From Bacteroidales bacterium (GTDB taxonomy: Bacteria; Bacteroidota; Bacteroidia; Bacteroidales; JAADJA01), in NCBI GenBank assembly GCA_029934735.1, contig JAOZLR010000001.1, forward strand, positions 4,718 to 28,717: a stretch of 24,000 nt of DNA, given 5' to 3'. The notes under the pieces were generated by a model. That model did not search any database and was not told where the DNA came from. It worked only from the letters and a program-made list of their open reading frames with translations. The position numbers and the translations under genes are program-made. This document shows positions 7,486-16,739 of this stretch, one piece after another; positions within the stretch are counted from its first letter, which is position 1; every line of letters starts with the position of its first letter.

Positions 7486-8841
7486 ATGAAAGATTTATCG
7501 GTAGGGAAGGAGAGTAGGTTAATATTGCAGTTTGCTACACCAATGCTGCTTGGCAATGTGTTTCAGCAACTATATAATATTGTTGACACCATCATCATTG
7601 GCAGGTTCATTGGTAAAGAGGCTCTTGCCGCTGTGGGCGCATCATTTCCAATACTGTTTGCTGTAATTTCTTTGGTAATAGGATTTGCAACAGGAGCGAC
7701 AATAATTGTTGCGCAATATTTTGGAGCAAAGCAGATGGAAAAGGTGAAACGGACTATTGACACCTTTTATATTGTTATGTTTTTTGCGTCAATAGTTTTC
7801 AGTGCACTTGGTATCTATTTTAGTGATGATATTTTCCGACTTATCCAGCTCCCGGAAGATGTACTACCATACGCCAGTCTCTATCTTAAGATTTATCTTT
7901 CGGGTCTGGTATTTTTTTTTGGATTTAATGGCACCTCTGCAATACTCCGTGGGCTTGGCGATTCAAAAACACCGCTCTATTTTCTGATAATTTCCACTTT
8001 TGCTAATATCTTTTTCGATCTTCTTTTTGTTGTTGTATTCAAATGGGGAATTGCAGGTGTTGCAATTGGGACTATTATGGCTCAGGGCGGAGCATTTATT
8101 ACAGCCATCATCTATCTTAACAAATATCACAAAGTGGTTAAGTTTTCGCTGAAGAATATGGTGTTCGACAGAGATATCTTTAAGAAGAGTGTCAGAATAG
8201 GCCTTCCTTCAGGTTTGCAACAATCCTTTGTAGCGCTTGGTCTTATGGCTTTAATCTGGATTGTCAATCTTTTCGGTACAGATACGATAGCAGCTTATTC
8301 TGTTGCCATGCGTATTGACTCAATTGCTATGATGGCTGCAATGAACTTTGCTTCTGCTCTCGCAACTTTTGTTGGACAAAATCTTGGTGCTAATAAACCT
8401 GAAAGGGTGAGATCAGGTTTGATTGCCACACTTAAAATGACTACAATTATTTCGATCACAATATCTATAATTGCAATTTTATTTTCTAAGCAACTTATGG
8501 GCATATTTACAACCGATGAGAATGTAATAGCCATAGGTGCGAGGTATCTTATCATTGTGAGTTCTTTTTATGTTTTGTTTTCAACACTTTTTGTGATTAG
8601 CAGCGTTATGCGTGGTGCTGGCGATACTTTAGTTCCGATGTTTATAACTTTACTTGCATTATGGGTTGTTCGCATTCCGGCTGCCTATTTCCTGTCGAGG
8701 CATTTCGGGGTTGATGGCATCTGGTGGTCAACACCGATGGGCTGGTTTGTTGGCATGACATTCTCATTTATATATTACAAGACAGGCCGCTGGAAAAGGA
8801 AAGCAGTGGTGAAGTATGATGAAGACAAGCTGGTCTTGTAA
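7486..8841 (+). CDS. MATE family efflux transporter
   Basis: 451 aa with about 12 TM segments. The N-terminal pattern LQFATPMLLGNVFQQLYNIVDTIIIGRFIGKEALAAVG is typical of MatE (NorM/DinF-like) proteins. Confidence 0.9.
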   Translation: MKDLSVGKESRLILQFATPMLLGNVFQQLYNIVDTIIIGRFIGKEALAAVGASFPILFAVISLVIGFATGATIIVAQYFGAKQMEKVKRTIDTFYIVMFFASIVFSALGIYFSDDIFRLIQLPEDVLPYASLYLKIYLSGLVFFFGFNGTSAILRGLGDSKTPLYFLIISTFANIFFDLLFVVVFKWGIAGVAIGTIMAQGGAFITAIIYLNKYHKVVKFSLKNMVFDRDIFKKSVRIGLPSGLQQSFVALGLMALIWIVNLFGTDTIAAYSVAMRIDSIAMMAAMNFASALATFVGQNLGANKPERVRSGLIATLKMTTIISITISIIAILFSKQLMGIFTTDENVIAIGARYLIIVSSFYVLFSTLFVISSVMRGAGDTLVPMFITLLALWVVRIPAAYFLSRHFGVDGIWWSTPMGWFVGMTFSFIYYKTGRWKRKAVVKYDEDKLVL

Positions 8842-8850
8842 TTATATTCA

Positions 8851-8958
8851 TGTAAGAGCATCTACCCCAAATGTAAGAGCGTCCACGCTCGTACTCAAAT
8901 GATAGAGCGTCCACGCTCGGATTCATGCAACCCCAAATGTAAGAGCGTCCACGCTCGG
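8851..8958 (+). repeat. Array of four short hairpin repeats (one degenerate) with core AGAGCGTCCACGCTCG
   Basis: Exact 16-nt cores at 8876-8891, 8904-8919 and 8942-8957, plus a degenerate copy TGTAAGAGCATCTAC at 8851-8865. Two copies share the longer unit CCCCAAATGTAAGAGCGTCCACGCTCG. The core can fold as GAGCG-TCCA-CGCTC. The array lies between two convergent genes. Confidence 0.8.
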
Positions 8959-8991
8959 ACTTATACAACTATTAAACCTTACAGATAACCA

Positions 8992-9876
8992 TTATCTTGC
9001 TTTTAGCCCTTTCAATACTTTCACGGCCTGTCTTCTTCCATAATCTATCATCTCCTCAGACCGGTAGAATTCAAACATATCGCAGGAGTATCTGGAGATT
9101 GGGATAAGGATATCTGGCTTATGTCTTTCAATAGCAATTTCAGTAAGTCTCATCTGCATAGCATAAAGAGATCTATTCATTAAGTCAAAATACCCGGCAT
9201 GTTTCTCCTTTTCTGCGTTAAAGAATTTTGACCAATGCTTATTGATATGACCAAAGGCTTTCTTGTAATTATTCTCTTCTTTTTCGGTGGGCCTGTATTT
9301 TACTGATGGCCTGTAACGAATGTCCGCATTCAGATCAACAGCAACAAGAATGTCACCTTCTGAGCGTTTAACAAACTCAATAGGCATAGGATTAAGAACA
9401 CCACCATCAACAAGATATGAGTTTTTATATTTTGTTGGAGTAATGACTGTTGGGATTGCAACTGAGGCTCTTATTGCATCTGTAAGACTGCCAGATGTAA
9501 AAATGACTTCCTTGTGGTTATTAATATCTACGGCAATTGCAGCAAAAGGAAGCTTTAAATCTTCTATTTTTACATCTCCAATAATTCTCCCTATTTCTTT
9601 AAAGATTTTTTCGCCCTTTATAAGTCCGCCTTTTGTAATAGCAAAGTCCATAAGCCTGATTATATCAAGCTTACTCAGACTTATTACCCAATTTTTATAC
9701 TCTTCCATTTTTCCGACGGCATAAACGCCACCAACAACAGATCCAATTGATGTTCCCGCAATAGAAGTTATGTTGTAACCTCTCTTTAAAAGTTCTTCAA
9801 TTACACCAATGTGAGCCATTCCACGTGCACCACCACCGGAAAGCACAAGAGCTACATTATTATTTTCTTTAGTCAT
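8992..9876 (-). CDS. Patatin-like phospholipase
   Basis: Oxyanion motif LSGGGARGMAHIG, nucleophile elbow GTSIGS (GxSxG), and the catalytic Asp in VDGGV. Confidence 0.9.
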   Translation of the reverse strand: MTKENNNVALVLSGGGARGMAHIGVIEELLKRGYNITSIAGTSIGSVVGGVYAVGKMEEYKNWVISLSKLDIIRLMDFAITKGGLIKGEKIFKEIGRIIGDVKIEDLKLPFAAIAVDINNHKEVIFTSGSLTDAIRASVAIPTVITPTKYKNSYLVDGGVLNPMPIEFVKRSEGDILVAVDLNADIRYRPSVKYRPTEKEENNYKKAFGHINKHWSKFFNAEKEKHAGYFDLMNRSLYAMQMRLTEIAIERHKPDILIPISRYSCDMFEFYRSEEMIDYGRRQAVKVLKGLKAR

Positions 9877-9891
9877 TTTTATTAATATAAT

Positions 9892-10001
9892 TTTCTGTTG
9901 CCATATCGCCGCGTGATCATTTCAGTTGTTTTTCTGCGTCGCTGCGTTGCCGCGTGATCATTTCAGTTATCTTTCTGCGTCGTTGCGTCGCCGCGTGATC
10001 A
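9892..10001. repeat. 41-bp tandem direct repeat, about 2.7 copies, relatively GC-rich
   Basis: Units at 9892-9930 (degenerate), 9931-9971 and 9972-10001 (partial). GCCGCGTGATCA recurs at 9908-9919, 9949-9960 and 9990-10001, a 41-nt period. Confidence 0.85.
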
Positions 10002-10674
10002 AATTAGAAATCCCCAAAATACTCAACTCGCTATCAAACTCATCAGAATAAGAACAAACAGATAGTTTATAATCATCAGCTAATTGGTATTGCTTGAAAT
10101 TTACGTCCTGAGCGCTGTCAACATCACTAAATAGATGAAACTGTCCCTTGCTACCGGAAATGGTAAATGTGCTGAGTGGCTTAGTCAGACCCTTACCAAG
10201 AAGTTTCAGGTAGCTCTCTTTCATTGTCCATAAATCAAAGAAATACTTCAGTTTTTTATCTCCTGTTTTAGAAAACAACTCTCTCTTTTCTATTTCCGAG
10301 AAGAACCTTTCAGCGATTTCAAAATTTACAGGCTTAATTTTTTCAATATCAACACCCACTTCAAAATCATTACAAAATGCTGCTACGACCCATTCGCCAC
10401 TGTGTGAAATATTAAAGTAAACAGGATTTTTTTCAAGATATGGTTTACCCTTTTCGGATTTTATAAAATTGAAACTACCAATAGTGTTTTTGAGTTTGTC
10501 TGCGAGAATCCTCCTTGTCATCAACTCACCAAGCAATGATCGTTGCAGAACAATAACGATTCTATATCTAAGCATAGACTCCCTGAGTTCTCCTGGAAGA
10601 AGTGATAGAAGTTCATTTTTTACTTTCAGAAACTCCTGCTCCGATAATATTTTTATAGCGTAAACCTCAATCAT
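9967..10674 (-). CDS. 4'-phosphopantetheinyl transferase (Sfp type)
   Basis: GKPYL...FNISHSGEWVVAAF...VGVDIEKI...WTMKESYLKLLGKGL are the Sfp/ACPS superfamily motifs. The last ~12 codons (LITRRRNDAER) are encoded by the tandem repeat. Confidence 0.88.
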   Translation of the reverse strand: MIEVYAIKILSEQEFLKVKNELLSLLPGELRESMLRYRIVIVLQRSLLGELMTRRILADKLKNTIGSFNFIKSEKGKPYLEKNPVYFNISHSGEWVVAAFCNDFEVGVDIEKIKPVNFEIAERFFSEIEKRELFSKTGDKKLKYFFDLWTMKESYLKLLGKGLTKPLSTFTISGSKGQFHLFSDVDSAQDVNFKQYQLADDYKLSVCSYSDEFDSELSILGISNLITRRRNDAER

Positions 10675-10698
10675 TGTTCATTTATAGAATTGATTTTG

Positions 10699-10706
10699 CA
10701 AAAGTA
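10699..10706 (-). promoter_or_regulatory. Candidate -7 box (TACTTTTG on the minus strand) for the PPTase gene
   Basis: 24 nt upstream of the ATG at 10674, in the divergent intergenic region shared with ligA. Confidence 0.4.
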
Positions 10707-10707
10707 G

Positions 10708-12828
<2,121 letters not shown>

Positions 12829-12937
12829 GATATTGGGGCGTACTGTTGCGCCTCTGTACAAGAGAGTTAATAGTCCATAGTAAAACAAATTACTAATTTA
12901 ATTGTTAGTATTTATAATCAAATTTAAAGATATAGTT

Positions 12938-14008
12938 ATGAAATTTTTAAAAATAATAGGAATCATTCTGGTAGTACTTGTTGCTACCTTTTTTATAGTT
13001 GCTGCTTTTCTTCCAAAGCATTTTCATGTTGAACAGTCTGTTGTGATTGACAGGCCTGTCGAATACCCTTTTAATCAGGTTAACACATTGAATAACTGGC
13101 AAAAATGGTCACCCTTTTCACAGAATGATTCTACTATGGTCAATTCCTATACCGGCCCGGCAAGCGGGGTCGGGTCAATTATGTCGTGGAGTAGTAAGAA
13201 ACAGGGAACAGGCTCAATGAAAATTACCGAGAGCAACCCATTGAAAAGGATTGGTACAGAGTTAGACTTCGGGGAACAGGGCAAGAGTTTGTCATATTTT
13301 AATTTTGTTGAGAAAGATGGAAAGACAACCATTTTTTGGGGTATGGATACAGACCCAGGCTATCCGGTTGAAAGGGTTGTTTATGCTTTAATGAAAAGTA
13401 GTATGGAGGCAGTTTTTGATAAAGGGCTTCAAAATTTGAAATCAGTTAGCGAAAGCATTCCCATTGAATCGGGTAAACCGGAAATTTTGTCTTCTGTTGC
13501 ATTGCTAAAAAGCATTGATAGTGATGCAACGAGAGGTGATAAAATGCCTGCTCTTTATGCTTTAACGCTTAATGATGTTTTTGTTGCCGTTATTAAGGAT
13601 TCGTGCACATCTGATGAGATGGGAAAAGCGATGGAAAGGGATTACGGAAAATTGATGAGTTATATCTTTCAAAACCATAAGGATAGTTTTGGAAAACCGG
13701 CAACTTTGTGGTACAGTTATGATGAGGAGACAACCTTTGGAGTTTTTGAAGCAGCAATACCTGTAAGCCAGTCGTCTCAAGGCAAAGACAATATTATGAT
13801 TAAGAAAATGCAACCCAATAAAGTCATAGCAGGGATTCATTACGGACCATATGAGAATACGATGTATATGTATCAAGCCATTATGAAATATCTGAAAGAT
13901 AATAATCTTGAGGAAGCCGGCGGTCCCATTGAGATATATCTTAATGACCCCTCAACAGAGCCTAACCCTGAAAAATGGGAAACGGTTATTATGTTCCAGG
14001 TGAAATAA
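12938..14008 (+). CDS. Membrane-anchored SRPBCC (START/polyketide-cyclase-like) domain fused to a GyrI-like small-molecule-binding domain
   Basis: N-terminal TM/signal anchor MKFLKIIGIILVVLVATFFIVAAF. An SRPBCC-like segment follows (VIDRPVEYPFNQVNTLNNWQKWSPF...). The C-terminus is GyrI-like (IAGIHYGPYENTMYMYQAIMKYL...GGPIEIYLNDP). The ORF-track start at 12902 is a TTG; the ATG at 12938 is preferred. Confidence 0.75.
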   Translation: MKFLKIIGIILVVLVATFFIVAAFLPKHFHVEQSVVIDRPVEYPFNQVNTLNNWQKWSPFSQNDSTMVNSYTGPASGVGSIMSWSSKKQGTGSMKITESNPLKRIGTELDFGEQGKSLSYFNFVEKDGKTTIFWGMDTDPGYPVERVVYALMKSSMEAVFDKGLQNLKSVSESIPIESGKPEILSSVALLKSIDSDATRGDKMPALYALTLNDVFVAVIKDSCTSDEMGKAMERDYGKLMSYIFQNHKDSFGKPATLWYSYDEETTFGVFEAAIPVSQSSQGKDNIMIKKMQPNKVIAGIHYGPYENTMYMYQAIMKYLKDNNLEEAGGPIEIYLNDPSTEPNPEKWETVIMFQVK

Positions 14009-14146
14009 CAACCTGTGTATTTGCAAGCAACCGGTATGCTTTATTTCTTTCGGGATAGCCCGCTACCGGAAGCTGAGTTCAATGCCGAAACTTCGGTATT
14101 CAAATAAGTCATACCAACAAGATGCAGAGATACAGATTAAAATATG

Positions 14147-14178
14147 CCGAGCGTGGACACTCTGCACACATAGTGGGG
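14147..14178 (-). repeat. Single inverted copy of the GCGTCCACGC hairpin repeat family
   Basis: The reverse complement reads CCCCACTATGTGTGCAGAGTGTCCACGCTCGG, compared with CCCCAAATGTAAGAGCGTCCACGCTCGG at 8931-8958. The copy lies between convergent genes. Confidence 0.7.
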
Positions 14179-14195
14179 TGAAGTCTCAATTAGCA

Positions 14196-14615
14196 TTAGA
14201 CCTTTATTAACTTCACAAAACTCTCCGGGGTTAATACTCCAATTTCACTTTTCTTATAGTCTTTAACATTCCGGGTGATAATTACTTCGATTTCTCCGTA
14301 ATTTATTGCAGCAAAGTTTTGCAAAGCATCTTCAAAGTCTTTAAATTCTGAATTAAGTGCTCTTTCTATCACTAGCCTGTCCATTTGCAGAACATGTGTA
14401 ATTGTCAATAATTGCTTTAATTTATCAATAACTTTTTCATGTCTTGCAGTCCGACGTAATAAATAATAAATATTGCTAATTATTACCGGTGTAATAAACC
14501 CGTCTAATTGTTTTTGTTCACAGAGGCTTAAAATTATTGCTGAATTGTCTGAATATGGTTTTCTGTCGAAGAAAAAGTCAAGTATTACATCTGTGTCAAT
14601 CAATATTCTTTTCAT
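14196..14615 (-). CDS. PIN-domain toxin (VapC-like ribonuclease)
   Basis: 139 aa. N-terminal ILIDTDVILD, then acidic residues in FEDALQ and ITRNVKDY, as expected for a PIN fold. Overlaps the upstream small ORF by 4 nt. Confidence 0.85.
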   Translation of the reverse strand: MKRILIDTDVILDFFFDRKPYSDNSAIILSLCEQKQLDGFITPVIISNIYYLLRRTARHEKVIDKLKQLLTITHVLQMDRLVIERALNSEFKDFEDALQNFAAINYGEIEVIITRNVKDYKKSEIGVLTPESFVKLIKV

Positions 14616-14860
14616 ACCTTGTATTTTTCAGAAAGTCCTTCTGATAATTCTTCTTTATAATTAAAATATTCAGGTGCTTTGAAACTTCCTCGTAATGAAT
14701 TTACAAGAGGTGAAATATCTTCAATAACCCTCTGCTCCGTTGTAATTGCTCTTAGATAGCTCTCAATTATATCTGATAAACTCCGTCCTTTATCTTTTGC
14801 ATAAGATTTTGCTTTCTCAATAATGGATTGTTCGATTGTCAGTGTTAATTTTGTATTCAT
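14612..14860 (-). CDS. Antitoxin-like small protein (RHH-like / DUF6364-like) paired with the PIN toxin
   Basis: 82 aa. The N-terminal KLTLTIEQSIIEKAKSYAKDKGRSLSDIIESYL pattern suggests a ribbon-helix-helix-type DNA-binding head. The 4-nt ATGA overlap with the PIN gene gives classic type II TA architecture. Confidence 0.75.
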   Translation of the reverse strand: MNTKLTLTIEQSIIEKAKSYAKDKGRSLSDIIESYLRAITTEQRVIEDISPLVNSLRGSFKAPEYFNYKEELSEGLSEKYKV

Positions 14861-14885
14861 AAGTCAATATTTAATATTACACGTG

Positions 14886-14893
14886 CAAAGATA
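14886..14893 (-). promoter_or_regulatory. Candidate -7 box (TATCTTTG on the minus strand) for the TA operon; a second, similar box lies at 14914-14921
   Basis: 25 nt upstream of the ATG at 14860. The box is part of a direct repeat, CGTGCAAAGATA / CGTGCAAATATA, spaced 27-28 nt apart. Confidence 0.4.
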
Positions 14894-15308
14894 ATAAATT
14901 TTATACGTCCGTGCAAATATATTTTGAAACTGGCAGTATTAACTGATCATTTAAGTGGTACTCTTAAGACTGAAATGGGTGGCAAGCATAGACCAAAATA
15001 ACCAAAACTCCTACTACACAAGACAGACTTTAGTAGAAAGCGTCACCCAAAGCCTTCTTTTTACTGATGTCAAATCAGATATGTTTTTATCCATAATAAA
15101 ACTGTTTATTAGAAAAAAACTAAGATTTAGTCTAATTGAATAAGGTCAGGGTTTGAATTCCTCAATATCTTGGCCCTTCGTCCCAAAAGTTTTTATACTC
15201 CTCGGCAAGGTCTTTATTTACCTCTGGAATAGCAAGGCTTTCGTGACAAACCGGACAGAAAAAATCAAATATTTTATAAGTTAATCTGAAATATTTTAAG
15301 TTTTAGTT

Positions 15309-15316
15309 TACTTTTG
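15309..15316 (+). promoter_or_regulatory. Candidate -7 box (TACTTTTG) for the DUF4831-like gene
   Basis: TAnnTTTG match 41 nt upstream of the ATG at 15358. Confidence 0.4.
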
Positions 15317-15357
15317 TGTATCGTTAATAAATAATATGTTGTAACCAAATAGTAGCT

Positions 15358-16539
15358 ATGATGTCTGCAATAAAAATATTCAAAAGAGGAATCAGCCTCT
15401 CCATTTTATTATTCGGATTTCTCTGTTCGGTGGGGCAGGTTAATGTTTATCACGTATCCGAATCAACCGACCTTAGCGGTAAGAAAGGGTTTTTTTATGC
15501 TCTTCCTCAAACAATTATTCGTGTTGATGTTACTGTTGTAAAGCACGAGCATCTGAAAGGTCCTTATGCTGAATATGCTGCAAAATATCTCGATCTTGAA
15601 GATGTTATAATGAATGATTATGATGAATATGAAATAACCGGCATTGAATTAAACACGATTGCCGTTCCTGATCCTTCTCAATATTATTTTGCCGAAGTTG
15701 ATCCAAAAGCAACTAAAGATGGTAAGGCTAAGCTCTTTTCGTTGACCGAATCCGGCCTTGCAATGGGACTGAATGGAACTATTGATGCCGAAGCACTGAA
15801 GGAGCTAACAGGTAAGAGTGCTGATTTTTCAGGAGCTTACAAAGACCTATTCAAATATTTCGCTGAGACTAACCTTTATGAGCAAACAGATACAATTATT
15901 AAAAAGGTTGTTGTTGACACCGCGGTTATTGAAAAAAAATATTTTGACCATAAATGGGTTGAAAAGTCAGACGAGCAGAAAGCAATTGAGGCTGCCAATA
16001 TGATTAGCAAGATCAGGGAGAACCGTTTTAACCTACTTACAGGCTATCAGGAAGTGGCTTACGATGCCGGAAGTATAACATATATGGATGAACAACTTAA
16101 GCAGATGGAATGGGATTATCTTACTTTGTTTACAGGCCTTTCGATAGACAAAACATATAAATATACCTTTACAGCCCTGCCTAAGGCTGATGCTGAAAGC
16201 ACGTTAGTACCCGTTTTTTCATTTTCGGAGCGCAATGGTGTTGCAGGTGTGAACGCTTCAGGTGGAGAAAAAGTGAATCTCAAAATCGAAAAAACAGGAG
16301 ATATCGGGCAATTATCAGACAAGGTTGCATCAATGAATCAGGATGGTATAGATGGACAGGGGTTTTATTACAGAATACCTGAGACTGCTATTGTAAGTCT
16401 AAAAGTGAATAAGGATATAAAAGTTCAGAAAATATGCGCCATCAGCCAGCTTGGTGTTGTTATTGCTTTACCGGCAAATGCCTCTGTTGTACAGTTTCAT
16501 CCTGAAACGGGTGGTATCAGGACTGTTATTTTGGAGTAG
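15358..16539 (+). CDS. Secreted hypothetical protein, DUF4831-like
   Basis: 393 aa with signal peptide MMSAIKIFKRGISLSILLFGFLCSVGQ. The segment FFYALPQTIIRVDVTVV...GPYAEYAAKYL resembles my recollection of the Bacteroidales DUF4831 family. The family call is tentative. Confidence 0.6.
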   Translation: MMSAIKIFKRGISLSILLFGFLCSVGQVNVYHVSESTDLSGKKGFFYALPQTIIRVDVTVVKHEHLKGPYAEYAAKYLDLEDVIMNDYDEYEITGIELNTIAVPDPSQYYFAEVDPKATKDGKAKLFSLTESGLAMGLNGTIDAEALKELTGKSADFSGAYKDLFKYFAETNLYEQTDTIIKKVVVDTAVIEKKYFDHKWVEKSDEQKAIEAANMISKIRENRFNLLTGYQEVAYDAGSITYMDEQLKQMEWDYLTLFTGLSIDKTYKYTFTALPKADAESTLVPVFSFSERNGVAGVNASGGEKVNLKIEKTGDIGQLSDKVASMNQDGIDGQGFYYRIPETAIVSLKVNKDIKVQKICAISQLGVVIALPANASVVQFHPETGGIRTVILE

Positions 16540-16593
16540 CAGGGTTTTTTCTCATATGAATGGACAGTCTGACAAACCCGCTAATGATTTATA

Positions 16594-16619
16594 GACAACG
16601 AGACAGCGTCTACGTTGTC
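16594..16619. other. Intergenic hairpin (7-bp stem GACAACG/CGTTGTC, 12-nt loop)
   Basis: Read directly from the sequence. The loop and inner stem, AGCGTCTACG, resemble the AGCGTCCACG core of the repeat family, so this may be a degenerate copy. Confidence 0.4.
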
Positions 16620-16683
16620 ATTTGTATTAGAAATATCTTGCTGTCAAACCCAATTACTTGATAAGTATAGATAGCTTTATAAC

Positions 16684-16717
16684 AAAAAAACCGAAGAGTT
16701 CATTCTTCGGTTTTTTT
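16684..16717. terminator. Bidirectional rho-independent terminator between convergent genes
   Basis: AAAAAAA-CCGAAGA-GTTCAT-TCTTCGG-TTTTTTT. A 7-bp stem is flanked by an A-run and a T-run, 145 nt after the + strand stop and 23 nt after the - strand stop. Confidence 0.8.
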
Positions 16718-16739
16718 GTTGAACTATATAAATGACAAG

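Noticed and set aside
8851-8958. Possible mini CRISPR array
   Set aside because: The repeats are only 16-28 nt long, the spacing is irregular (21, 28 and 38 nt between unit starts), and the gaps between repeats are far too short for spacers and are partly homologous to one another. There are no cas genes nearby. A REP-like element fits better.
8768-8968. 66-aa minus-strand ORF with the internally repeated peptide ERGRSYIWG
   Set aside because: The peptide repeat is just the translation of the DNA hairpin-repeat array at 8851-8958. The ORF overlaps the 3' end of the MATE gene and has no independent coding support.
14081-14100. Near-palindrome AATGCCGAAACTTCGGTATT as a terminator for the convergent genes
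   Set aside because: It forms a plausible 9-bp stem with one G-U pair, but neither strand has a following U-run. I therefore do not call it an intrinsic terminator.
14955-15143. 62-aa plus-strand ORF in the gene-poor stretch
   Set aside because: It has a non-ATG start, no promoter box, no recognisable motif, and composition typical of a random open frame.
15146-15165. tRNA T-arm-like string CAGGGTTTGAATTCCT, which could mark a tRNA gene or an integration-site remnant
   Set aside because: Only a 4-bp stem with one G-T pair can form, and the loop is TTTGAAT rather than the canonical TTCGAAT/TTCAAAT. I could not build an acceptor, D or anticodon arm from the flanking sequence.
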